Assembly: GCF_021582535.1 (NCBI RefSeq)
Contig: NZ_CP091134.1
Length of the DNA: 64,000 nucleotides
Origin: Nitrosomonas sp.
Lineage (GTDB): Bacteria > Pseudomonadota > Gammaproteobacteria > Burkholderiales > Nitrosomonadaceae
Reading direction: 5' to 3' (one strand)
Shown: positions 40,931 through 50,253 of the stretch, in pieces
How the letters are laid out: every line of letters begins with the position of its first letter
Numbering within the stretch: position 1 is the first letter of the stretch
Translations under genes and position numbers: made by a program
The notes under the pieces: model-generated
What the model was told of the DNA's origin: nothing
Databases searched by the model: none
The model's input: only the letters and a program-made list of their open reading frames with translations

Positions 40931-41605
40931 ATGAAAGTTTTGGCTGTTTTATTATTGGCTGCGACTGTTGCATCGCTTACCGGTTGCGGGGGTGAACCAA
41001 AAGGCGATAAATCAGAAGCGGGCTCAATATCCGCGCCGCTGAATGAGATCACCAAACTGGGTGAGATTCCGTCCATCATGAGCGAAGGGCTGACCGAGGA
41101 AGAGAAAGCGGAACTAAGAGATCAGATTATGCCCGGCGGTGTCGGTGACGTTAAAGCCGCCGAAGAGAAATTTAAAGCGTTAATGGCCGATGCCAGAGCC
41201 GGCGATCCGGCTGCGCAAAATAGCTTGGGTGTCATGTACTACACCGGGGAAGCGGTATCCAAGACCTTATCCGGCCAGGTGTTGAATACTGATCCGGAAT
41301 TGGCTGCCGGCTGGTTCTTCCGCGCTGCCGAACAAGGCTATGCCGATGCGCAGTTTAATTTGGGACTGATGTATGCAAACGGTGAAGGTGTGCCGCAAGA
41401 CATGGAACAGGCCGCTGAACTGTTTAAGAGCGCTGCCGAACAAGGCCATGTCGATGCGCAAAATAACCTGGGGGCGATGTATTTCACCGGAGAAGGCGTG
41501 GGCAGAGACGAGAAAAAAGCGATCGAATGGTTTGAAAAGGCGGCCGCACAAGGAAATGAAGATGCGCGAGCTAATCTCGATGCGATTAAAGCATCCGGAA
41601 AATAA
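40931..41605 (+). CDS. Sel1-like repeat lipoprotein
   Basis: Lipobox LTGC; three AQxNLGxMYxxGEGV...AAEQG repeats. Confidence 0.92.
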   Translation: MKVLAVLLLAATVASLTGCGGEPKGDKSEAGSISAPLNEITKLGEIPSIMSEGLTEEEKAELRDQIMPGGVGDVKAAEEKFKALMADARAGDPAAQNSLGVMYYTGEAVSKTLSGQVLNTDPELAAGWFFRAAEQGYADAQFNLGLMYANGEGVPQDMEQAAELFKSAAEQGHVDAQNNLGAMYFTGEGVGRDEKKAIEWFEKAAAQGNEDARANLDAIKASGK

Positions 41606-41698
41606 TGGTTCTGTTTTCCGGCCGTGCGCTGTTTGGCACGGCCGTATGCTGTTGCTTCACCGGAATTGCAGCAGCTTGCCTAAGGGAAGCGCTAATTA

Positions 41699-41841
41699 GG
41701 AAGCGCTGATTAATTCAACGAACGAGATGAAGTGCGAGGCGCACGGAACGCAACAACCGAGACCTATCAATCTGATAGGCGAGGAAGTGAGTACCGCGCA
41801 ACGAAGCAATTCACTCGTGCAGTCAATTAATCAGCGCTTTC
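41699..41841 (+). mobile_element. MITE (~143 bp), IS5-type ends, copy 1
   Basis: TIR GGAAGCGCTGATTAATT...AATTAATCAGCGCTTTC, followed by CTAA that contains the fbaB stop. An extra partial TIR sits at 41684-41697 after a CTAA. Closely matches the reverse complement of 44939-45082. Confidence 0.85.
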
Positions 41842-42891
41842 CTAAGCAATGGTGACTTCGTTGGATAAATACACATCCTGAATGGCGTGAAGCAGTTTGA
41901 CGCCTTCGGCAAAAGGTTTCTGAAATGCCTTGCGCCCCGAGATTAACCCCATCCCGCCCGCCCGTTTGTTGATGACCGCGGTGCGGATTGCCTGATGTAA
42001 ATCATCGCTGCCGGATTCACCGCCGGAATTGATCATACCGATCCGCCCCATATAGCAATTGGCGACTTGATACCGTACCAGATCAATCGGGTGTTCCGTT
42101 GTCAGCTCACTGTATACCTTAGGGTGCGTTTTGCCGAATTTAATCGCGTTGTATCCGCCATTATTGGTCGCCATTTTTTGCTTAACGATGTCGGCGCCGA
42201 TGGTTACCGCCAGATGATTGGCTTGACCGGTCAGATCAGCGCTGACGTGAAAATCCTTTTCGGCGGTTTTGAATGCGGCGTTACGGGTATAAGCCCATAA
42301 AATGGTGACCATGCCCAGGTTATGCGCATGTTCAAACGCGGCTGAAACTTCCTGGATCTGGCGGCGGGATTCGTCCGAACCAAAAAAAACAGTCGCGCCC
42401 ACGGCGCAAGCGCCCATATCAAAGGCCTGATTGATGCTGGCAAAAAGTGTTTGGTCATACTTATTGGGATAAGTGAGCAGCTCATTGTGATTGATTTTAA
42501 GAATCATCGGAATTTTGTGCGCATAGCGCCGCGCTACGATACCCAGCACACCCAGTGTGGATGCGACACCATTGCAGCCGCCTTCAATCGCCAGATCGAC
42601 AATGTTCTTGGGATCAAAAAACATGGGATTGGGCGCAAATGAAGCACCGGCCGAGTGTTCGACACCCTGGTCCACGGGGAGCAATGACAAATAACCGGTG
42701 CCCGTTAAACGCCCTTGATGATACAGCGCTTGCAGATTGCGCAGTACGCTGGGTTTACGGTCGCTCAATGCCATGACGCGATCGACAAAATCGGCACCGG
42801 GCAGCTGCAGGTTTTGCTTCGGCAGGGTGTGGCAGACATGATTGAGCAGTAGCTCGCTTTCATTACCCAGAACGGCGGAAATATTTGTCAT
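41842..42891 (-). CDS. fbaB: Class I fructose-bisphosphate aldolase
   Basis: [30 protein letters not shown] (Schiff-base Lys), [15 protein letters not shown]. Confidence 0.95.
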   Translation of the reverse strand: MTNISAVLGNESELLLNHVCHTLPKQNLQLPGADFVDRVMALSDRKPSVLRNLQALYHQGRLTGTGYLSLLPVDQGVEHSAGASFAPNPMFFDPKNIVDLAIEGGCNGVASTLGVLGIVARRYAHKIPMILKINHNELLTYPNKYDQTLFASINQAFDMGACAVGATVFFGSDESRRQIQEVSAAFEHAHNLGMVTILWAYTRNAAFKTAEKDFHVSADLTGQANHLAVTIGADIVKQKMATNNGGYNAIKFGKTHPKVYSELTTEHPIDLVRYQVANCYMGRIGMINSGGESGSDDLHQAIRTAVINKRAGGMGLISGRKAFQKPFAEGVKLLHAIQDVYLSNEVTIA

Positions 42892-43028
42892 TTTCGCTCC
42901 TGATTACGTGATGATGGCTTGGTGTGACTTTGATTTGCCTGCAGATAAGTCATCTTAATCGATGTGCCGGGTTGAGAAAATAAGCATTATGCTTATTTCC
43001 AATGCACATCAACCAAGTTACGCTGTCT

Positions 43029-43676
43029 TCATGTTTGAATGACGTTATTGTTAATTGCCAGGCGAATCAGTTGTGTGGTGTTTTGCAATTGTAATTTTCG
43101 CATCAGATTGACATGATGAACGCCCACGGTTTTGGGGCTGATGGCGAGTTTTTCCGCGATTTGCGTGCTGGAGTTTCCTTCCGCGATCAGTTTGAAGATT
43201 TGAAATTCACGTTTGGTGAGCATATCCAGGGGGTTTTCGCAGGTATCCTTGCGTGTTGCGTTGAGTGCCAGCGTTGCGGCTAACTCCGATTCGATATAAA
43301 TTCTCCCCGCATTGACTTGCCGCACCGCTTGAATCATTTCGCCAATTCCGCTTTGTTTGCTGAGAAATCCGGTGGCTCCGGCTTTCAATGACCGCTGCGC
43401 CATGGTGACATTATTCAACATGCTGAATACCAGGATGTGTGCTGCGGGATCTCTGGCTTTGATGCGCCGGATGGTTTCCAGTCCGCCAATGCCCGGCATG
43501 TTCAAGTCCAGAATCGTCACATCCGGTTGATATTCCAGGTAGTACTGGTAGCCGGATTCACCGTCGTCGGCTTCCCCGACGACACAGATATCGGGTGTGC
43601 TCTCCAGCAACCGGCGATAGCCGGTGCGCACTACGGGGTGATCATCAATCAACAGGATAGAGATTGGTTTCGTCAT
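43029..43676 (-). CDS. NarL/LuxR-family response regulator
   Basis: LLIDDHPVVR, PDVTILD, GFLSK, LTKREFQIF HTH. Start at ATG 43676. Confidence 0.93.
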   Translation of the reverse strand: MTKPISILLIDDHPVVRTGYRRLLESTPDICVVGEADDGESGYQYYLEYQPDVTILDLNMPGIGGLETIRRIKARDPAAHILVFSMLNNVTMAQRSLKAGATGFLSKQSGIGEMIQAVRQVNAGRIYIESELAATLALNATRKDTCENPLDMLTKREFQIFKLIAEGNSSTQIAEKLAISPKTVGVHHVNLMRKLQLQNTTQLIRLAINNNVIQT

Positions 43677-44859
43677 AATTTGAGTGTTCAATGGGCAGTT
43701 TAATAGTGATTTCCGTGCCTTCATTGCATGCGCTGCGCACCGACAATGTGCCACCCATGGCAATGACACGCTCACGCATACCGAGTAATCCTAATCCGCG
43801 AAATTGTTGGTTGATATTATACCCTTTGCCGTTGTCTTCGATGGTGAGCAGCAAGCAATCGTGCGTGCACTCCAAACCGCTCTCACGGCTGAGGTTTATT
43901 TGTGCCCAGGTGGCCTCGGAGTGGTTGTAGATATTGTTCAAACCTTCTTGGATGATGCGAAAAATGGCGATATTGATCGATTCATGCAATTTATCCAGTT
44001 CACCGCTGACTTTGAATTCAAGAATGATCTGCGGGTGGTGCGTGCTCCATTGCCGTTTCAGTTCCAATAAAGCATCGATCAATCCCAGCGTATCCAGTAA
44101 TACGGGCCGCAATTTATGCAGCATTTCATGGATTACTTCATTCATTTTCTGAGTACAGTCGCGGATAGCGTGCGCACTGATTGCACTCATCGAGCCGGGT
44201 GGTGTGTTATTCAGAATGACTTCATTCTCGATGCGTATCACTGTAAGCCATTGACCTAACTCATCGTGCAATTCACGCGCGAGTGAACGCCGTTCCTTCT
44301 CTTGCACTTGAAACAATTCTTTCATCAATCGCCTGTTTTCATTCAATAAATTTCGGTTAAGATTGATGGTTTTCTTAAGTTGGCTGATATCGGACATGAT
44401 CATAAGGCAAGTGCTGCTATCGCACATGACCGTGCTTTGCAGCCGGAGATAGCTGATATGCTCGTCCACATTCCTGATTTTAAGATCAACTGCGGTTTTG
44501 CCCGTGGTAATGAAAACTTTCTGTAGATAATCGACAAAAACTTGTTTGTTGATATCAAAAAAGCATTCCATAAAAGATTTGCCGATCAGCGATTCCCGAT
44601 TATTGTTGAGCAGTTCCGCGCCCCTGAGATTGAGCGATAAAATGTGCCCGGCTTTGTCTAAAGTCAAGTAGCCGACCGGCGCATATTCGTAAAGATCTTC
44701 AAAGCGGCTGTGCGACTCACTTAATTGCTGCTGCGTATCTTTAAGCGCCCGGTACTGCATCTCCAGTTCAAAGTGAGAAGTCTGCAACTCGCTCAGCAAC
44801 TCGGTTTTGCTGAATTTTATATCGTCATCTTTTCTTCTTTGCTCTTCACTTTGCGTCAT
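43645..44859 (-). CDS. Cytoplasmic PAS sensor histidine kinase (HisKA_3)
   Basis: PAS LYEYAPVGY, H-box ARELHDELGQ, RIIQEGLNN, DNGKG, GLGLLGMRER; no TM segment. Confidence 0.92.
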   Translation of the reverse strand: MTQSEEQRRKDDDIKFSKTELLSELQTSHFELEMQYRALKDTQQQLSESHSRFEDLYEYAPVGYLTLDKAGHILSLNLRGAELLNNNRESLIGKSFMECFFDINKQVFVDYLQKVFITTGKTAVDLKIRNVDEHISYLRLQSTVMCDSSTCLMIMSDISQLKKTINLNRNLLNENRRLMKELFQVQEKERRSLARELHDELGQWLTVIRIENEVILNNTPPGSMSAISAHAIRDCTQKMNEVIHEMLHKLRPVLLDTLGLIDALLELKRQWSTHHPQIILEFKVSGELDKLHESINIAIFRIIQEGLNNIYNHSEATWAQINLSRESGLECTHDCLLLTIEDNGKGYNINQQFRGLGLLGMRERVIAMGGTLSVRSACNEGTEITIKLPIEHSNYDETNLYPVD

Positions 44860-44938
44860 ACTATCTCCTATTACTCATCCCGCGCATATGCTGGAGCTGT
44901 GTCCGGTGATTCAAGCATAGCTGTATTTCATCTGCTAA

Positions 44939-45082
44939 GGAAGCGCTGATTAATTGACCGTACGAGATGAATTGCTTCGTTGCGCGGTACTCACTGCCTC
45001 GCCTATCAGGTTGATAGGTCTCGGTTGTTGCGTTCCGTGCGGCCTCGCACTTCACTCGTACGGTCAATTAATCAGCGCTTCC
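44939..45082 (-). mobile_element. MITE (144 bp), IS5-type ends, copy 2
   Basis: Perfect 28-bp TIR GGAAGCGCTGATTAATTGACCGTACGAG; CTAA duplicated at 44935-44938 and 45083-45086; no transposase. Confidence 0.9.
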
Positions 45083-45245
45083 CTAAGAATACATAATGTT
45101 ATAGTACCAAATTATTACAAATCATAACGCTATAATTTTATGAGAAAAATCCTACAAACGAGGGAACTGGAGATTGCAGTGAAGGTCGTGGGTGCCGTAC
45201 GGGTGTTTTAAGCATTGATTGACGCGTGATGAAGGTTGAAACGGT

Positions 45246-47639
45246 TTGTCAGTCCGATTAAACATTCTGGCTTTTGTGTTGGGGGTTGGTTTGCTGCAGC
45301 AGCAAGCCGAATTACCCGCAATCGATTGGGCATGGGGTTTAATCCCGATTCTGGTCGCCAGCGGATGGCTTGCGCGTTATGCATCGGGCACATTGATCAC
45401 GTTACGCAGAATCTTACTGTGTCTGCTTTTCCTGGGAATCGGGTTTTTCTGGGCTGCGGCTTTGGCACAGTGGCGTTTGTCCGATTTCCTGCCGCCAAGC
45501 TGGGAGCGAAAGGATATACAGATAACCGGCGTGGTGGCGAGTGTGCAGCATAGTAATGAACGCGGCATCCGCTTCCGTTTTGATGTAGAGCAGGTGAGTA
45601 CGCCCGCTGCGGTTGTACCTCAACATCTTTTGTTATCCTGGTTCAAAGAGCGGCAAACGGGAATGCGCCGTTTGGAACTGCCAGTCCTGCATGCGGGGGA
45701 GCGCTGGCGTATTACCGTGCGGCTCAAGCAGCCGCATGGCAGCATGAATCCACATGGCTTTGATTATGAAGTATGGGCGTTGGAGCGCAATATCCGTGCA
45801 ACCGGATACGTGCGTCCATCGGCTGATAATGAGCTCCTGCAGCCGATGGTTTCAAGGCCGGAATACTGGATTGAACATTTTCGCGAGGACATTCAGCAGC
45901 GCTTTGCCGCTCATTTATCCGGCCGTTCGTACGCGGGTATATTGCAAGCCCTGGCTATGGGCGATCAACACGCTATCCCGCGCGATCAATGGCAGATATT
46001 CACTCGCACCGGCACCAATCACTTGATGGCGATTTCCGGGTTGCATATCACGATGATTTCCAGCATGGTCTTTGTGCTGGTTTTCTGGTTATGGCGTTGC
46101 TCGGCTTATTTGACGCTACGCTTGCCGGCGCGCCGGGCTGCTGTTGCGGCTGGGCTGGTTGTGGCATTGGCTTATGCGGTTCTGTCCGGTTTTGCAATTC
46201 CCGCGCAGCGGACACTTTATATGCTGGCTGTTGTGGCAATTGCCGTATGGCGAGGGCGGCAATCTTCCGCAACCACGGTGCTGGCATGGGCGCTATTATG
46301 GGTGGTTCTGCTCGATCCATGGGCCGTCATGGCGCCCGGGTTTTGGCTGTCATTCGGCGCGATCGGTCTGATTATGCTGATAACGGTAGGGCGGATTGGC
46401 AAAGTTCACTGGTTGACCGACTGGCTGCGGGTTCAGTGGGCGATCACCCTGGGGTTAATTCCACTGTTACTGGTTTTCTTCCAGCAAGTACCGATGGTAT
46501 CGCCGTTTGCCAATGCCATCGCCATTCCGCTGATAAGTCTGGTGGTCGTGCCGCTAACTTTACTGGCGGTGATACCGCTGTTTGACTTTATTTTGCCGCT
46601 GGCGCACGAAGTTTTAAGCTTCGTCATGACGATATTGCATGCACTGAGTGATTTTCCACAGGCTGTATGGCAGCAGCATACGCCGCCGCTGTGGACAGTC
46701 TTGGCAGCAATTTGCGGAATTTTGTGGATGCTGTTGCCGGGCAGTTTGGCAAGCGGATTCTTGGCGGGTTTCCCGGCGCGTTGGCTCGGTGTGGTGGCGT
46801 TATTGCCGATGTTTTGGGTATTGCCTGCGCAACCCAAAACCGGCGAGTTATGGTTGGCGATCCTGGATGTCGGTCAGGGCTTGGCCGTTGTGGCGCGTAC
46901 CGCGCATCATACGGTGTTGTTTGATACCGGACCTGGTTTTGGCGATACCGATAGCGGCAGCCGCATTATTGTGCCGTTCTTGCGTGGCGAGGGTATACGG
47001 AAACTGGATGCCATGATCGTATCGCACGCGGATACAGACCATAGCGGCGGCGCATTGTCGGTCATGAATGAAATACCGGTTGAATTGCTGTTGTCTTCTT
47101 TGAACGATCAGCATCCCATCCGGCGCACTGCACGGCATCACGATCAATGCCATGCCGGACAGTCATGGCAATGGGATGGCGTGCATTTTGAGTTGCTGCA
47201 TCCATTGCCGCAGGATTATGCAAATCCACAGCGCAAAATCAATTCAAACAGTTGCGTGCTAAAGATCACATCGCTGCATGGCAGCGTGTTATTACCGGCG
47301 GATATTGAAGGCAAAGATGAACTAGCGCTGCTTAACCGTGCCAGTGAGAAACTTCCCGCAACGGTGCTGATCGCGCCGCACCATGGCAGCCTATCCTCTT
47401 CAACACTGAATTTTGTGCAGCAGGTGAGTCCGGCATTGACAGTTTTTACGGCGGGCTACCTGAACCGTTATGGCCATCCGCGCGAAGAAGTAATGACACG
47501 TTATCGCAACTTGAACAGCCGCTTGCTGCGCAGTGACAGGGATGGCGCGATCTTGTTGCGGTTTGCCGGCAATGGCTGGCCGGTTGAGAGTTGGAGACAA
47601 TCAAACCGGCGCTACTGGCATCACAGCACAATCGAATAG
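45246..47639 (+). CDS. comEC: DNA internalisation competence protein ComEC/Rec2
   Basis: NPHGFDYE, HLMAISGLH, GFWLSF, LDVGQG, SHADTDHSGG, PHHGS, NRYGHP. Confidence 0.95.
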   Translation: MSVRLNILAFVLGVGLLQQQAELPAIDWAWGLIPILVASGWLARYASGTLITLRRILLCLLFLGIGFFWAAALAQWRLSDFLPPSWERKDIQITGVVASVQHSNERGIRFRFDVEQVSTPAAVVPQHLLLSWFKERQTGMRRLELPVLHAGERWRITVRLKQPHGSMNPHGFDYEVWALERNIRATGYVRPSADNELLQPMVSRPEYWIEHFREDIQQRFAAHLSGRSYAGILQALAMGDQHAIPRDQWQIFTRTGTNHLMAISGLHITMISSMVFVLVFWLWRCSAYLTLRLPARRAAVAAGLVVALAYAVLSGFAIPAQRTLYMLAVVAIAVWRGRQSSATTVLAWALLWVVLLDPWAVMAPGFWLSFGAIGLIMLITVGRIGKVHWLTDWLRVQWAITLGLIPLLLVFFQQVPMVSPFANAIAIPLISLVVVPLTLLAVIPLFDFILPLAHEVLSFVMTILHALSDFPQAVWQQHTPPLWTVLAAICGILWMLLPGSLASGFLAGFPARWLGVVALLPMFWVLPAQPKTGELWLAILDVGQGLAVVARTAHHTVLFDTGPGFGDTDSGSRIIVPFLRGEGIRKLDAMIVSHADTDHSGGALSVMNEIPVELLLSSLNDQHPIRRTARHHDQCHAGQSWQWDGVHFELLHPLPQDYANPQRKINSNSCVLKITSLHGSVLLPADIEGKDELALLNRASEKLPATVLIAPHHGSLSSSTLNFVQQVSPALTVFTAGYLNRYGHPREEVMTRYRNLNSRLLRSDRDGAILLRFAGNGWPVESWRQSNRRYWHHSTIE

Positions 47640-47687
47640 AACAGGGGTAGGGGGTATTGATAACCGCAGGCCGTCAGTAAGTAAGCT

Positions 47688-49130
47688 TCATCTAAGATCG
47701 TCATCGGGCAATTCGGTATCGTTAAACAGGATGGTGAACGAAGTGCCCGCGCCGGGTTCACTGGTCACTTTGATTTTTAGTTTATTATTTTCTGCCGCGA
47801 TTCTTACGATGGACAAGCCGATTCCGCTGGTCGCCTTGTTATGCAGTGCCGCTCTGGGTGAATAAAAATATTCGTTGAATATGTTGGGTAAGTCTTTATT
47901 CTCAATACCTATGCCGTGATCGGTAATGGTGATACTGGCACTTTGGTCCCGCTGATTGATGGCGGATGTAATTTCTACCGCTGTATTATCATGCGAATAG
48001 GTAATCGCATTGGTAATGATATTTTCCAGAAGTATTTCCAGTTGATCGGGAATGACCTTGCAATAGAAATTCTCAATCGATAGATTGAATGCAATATGCT
48101 TGGCATTGGCAACGGGTGTTAATTTCTCGATACATTTTTGCAGTGTGGTTTGAATGTCAATGGTCTCGAATACTGCGGTATTGAGACAGGTGTCTTTCAA
48201 GCGCTCGAGTCTGAGCAAGTCCAGAATCAAACTCGACATGCTTTGCGCGCGGCTATCAATCTTGTCCAATGCTTCATTGACGCCGTTTGAAGCATCTCCG
48301 CAATAACCCCCTTTAATTAAATTGATTTTGCTGCGGATGGCATCCAGCGGTGATTTAAGCTGATGCGTCATGAGCACGGCGTATTGATCCTTTTCGACTT
48401 GCGCCTGATTGATTTGTCTATAGGCATCCAGCAGGTGACGCTCATGCGCCCGAACAATCAAGGAAAGTCTCGAAACCACATACCAAACGATAAAAAATAA
48501 GATATCGAGAAAGAACATCCATAACATTGCGCCATCTTTACGCGCATTCTCCGACAGCAGATGATTGTTGACCAATGTGGACAGTGGCGTTTGCGTGATC
48601 AGGAAGTTATCGGCAATGATAACTATCGTATCCATGAGGCACACTAAAATGGTGACATACAAGCTTTCACGGGTGGAAAAAAAGATGCAGGCAAGCGCAA
48701 TATGCAGCACATAGAAAAATGAAATCGGCGTGGTTGTGCTGCCAATATAATGCACGACGACAGATAAACAGATCAAATCAACAATGATCTGTACCCATAA
48801 GTTGATCGAGGGGGAATTGTATCTACCCGGTTTGCAACGGTCTAACGCAAAGATGTAAGCAATATTAGCGACTACCAGTACGATGATGATGGCAACCGGC
48901 CATTTTTGCTGCTCGCTGATGCCAAATTGCGTCAACACATTCGACGCGGATAGCATCAGGATCTCGAAGAAAACCAATGTGACAATCAATGCCCAGCGGA
49001 AAGTAATAAACCAGCGAATATTACTGATTAATACATCATCGCTGAGCTTGAGTTTATCGCCTTTTATTTCAAGCAGAATATTTTGACTATTGGATTTGTC
49101 CCAGGAAAATTCAGTTGTTGCCATTTTCAC
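47688..49130 (-). CDS. Membrane-bound sensor histidine kinase
   Basis: Multi-TM N-terminus; H-box THQLKSPL, NIITNAITYS, DHGIGI, SGIGL. Confidence 0.9.
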   Translation of the reverse strand: MKMATTEFSWDKSNSQNILLEIKGDKLKLSDDVLISNIRWFITFRWALIVTLVFFEILMLSASNVLTQFGISEQQKWPVAIIIVLVVANIAYIFALDRCKPGRYNSPSINLWVQIIVDLICLSVVVHYIGSTTTPISFFYVLHIALACIFFSTRESLYVTILVCLMDTIVIIADNFLITQTPLSTLVNNHLLSENARKDGAMLWMFFLDILFFIVWYVVSRLSLIVRAHERHLLDAYRQINQAQVEKDQYAVLMTHQLKSPLDAIRSKINLIKGGYCGDASNGVNEALDKIDSRAQSMSSLILDLLRLERLKDTCLNTAVFETIDIQTTLQKCIEKLTPVANAKHIAFNLSIENFYCKVIPDQLEILLENIITNAITYSHDNTAVEITSAINQRDQSASITITDHGIGIENKDLPNIFNEYFYSPRAALHNKATSGIGLSIVRIAAENNKLKIKVTSEPGAGTSFTILFNDTELPDDDLR

Positions 49131-49139
49131 ATAATCCAG

Positions 49140-49532
49140 TTAGGCGGCTTCTCCTGTATGCTTTAACCGATCGTTGATCGTTGCCAACAAGCTTATCGGT
49201 TCGACAGGTTTTTCCATGATACACACCCATTCGTGCGAGCCATCCTCAAAATAAGGCCTGATCATATCGCCCAAAGAAGTGAGAAAAATGGTTTGTATTT
49301 GTGGAAAGCGCTTGTGGATCTTTGCATAGGTAGTCAAACCGGAATCCATGGATTCGACCATTACATCAAGAATTGCCAGATCAGGGCGTTTGCTTTCATC
49401 TTCTAGTGAATCGATAAAATCTTGCATGGACAGATAACTGCTAACTTCATATCCATTTTTGCAAAGAATCCGCTCAACCGCCTCGCGGATATCCGAATCA
49501 TCGTCAACATGTGCTATTCGTAGTGCCATCAT
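49140..49532 (-). CDS. Stand-alone response regulator receiver protein
   Basis: HVDDD, PDLAILDVM, IFLTS, EKP; RBS AGGAG. Confidence 0.9.
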   Translation of the reverse strand: MMALRIAHVDDDSDIREAVERILCKNGYEVSSYLSMQDFIDSLEDESKRPDLAILDVMVESMDSGLTTYAKIHKRFPQIQTIFLTSLGDMIRPYFEDGSHEWVCIMEKPVEPISLLATINDRLKHTGEAA

Positions 49533-49699
49533 AATTCTCCTAACTTCATCGTGTGAACCCGGTCCGGCTTCTTAAGAAAGAAACCGTTTGCTCACCGGGG
49601 ATATTCCTGAGCCGATCATATCTTAGCAAATGTGAAGAAGATGTGAACATTGGTTTGTAATCAAGCATAGTAAAGCTATTGTGTAATATAACTACAAGA

Positions 49700-50077
49700 C
49701 TATAAGAGATACTCAATCAAATAAACTCCTCCGACACTGCTAAATGGCATGAGTAAAGACAATATCATCGGATGGTGAAGTAACGGCTTAAATATTCCCT
49801 CCTTGAAATTTTCAATTTCACTGACCAGCAATTTTAGTTTAACGATGTCGTAAGCTCCCTCGTCAAGTAGACATTGTCCGATATGATCGGCATCTTCAGG
49901 TGCATAACCTTGGGCTAATAGCGCTGCTGTAATTGCGTAGCGGCTGCGCAATCGTGTTTCTCTGTCTTCAGCGTAAGCCCCCCCCGGTACCATAACTGCA
50001 AGAATGTTGATGTCGCCTGGCTTATCTTTATTGGAAGCGATGGAATTTGCATCAGGGCTGGCAATTTGGCATCCCAA
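49700..50077 (-). pseudogene. Probable internally deleted remnant of a large hypothetical membrane protein
   Basis: Weak TTG start. VMVPGGAYAEDRETRLRSRYA...GYAPEDADHIG is joined abruptly to a terminal-looking EGIFKPLLHHP...GGVYLIEYLL. The family resemblance is recalled, not verified. Confidence 0.4.
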
Positions 50078-50142
50078 TTCTTTTACGGAATGTCATGCAT
50101 TGCATAATTTTTTGTATTATGACAAATGGATGACTTATTGTC

Positions 50143-50158
50143 TGTGATTATTATCACA
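50143..50158. promoter_or_regulatory. Perfect CRP-family palindrome TGTGA-N6-TCACA
   Basis: tgtga-ttatta-tcaca in an intergenic region. Confidence 0.5.
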
Positions 50159-50253
50159 GGCTTGAATTATGCGGGTGACATGCAGAATGGAGGGTGTTGA
50201 TGGATTGATTAAAGTTGAGTTTATGCAGCGATTACTTTCCTGGCCTTAGAAAC

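Noticed and set aside
44861-45067. 68-aa ORF
   Set aside because: Mostly translation of the MITE.
41680-45086. A true composite transposon that delivered fbaB and the two-component genes
   Set aside because: Each MITE has CTAA on its inner side as well, which favours independent insertions; no transposase is present.
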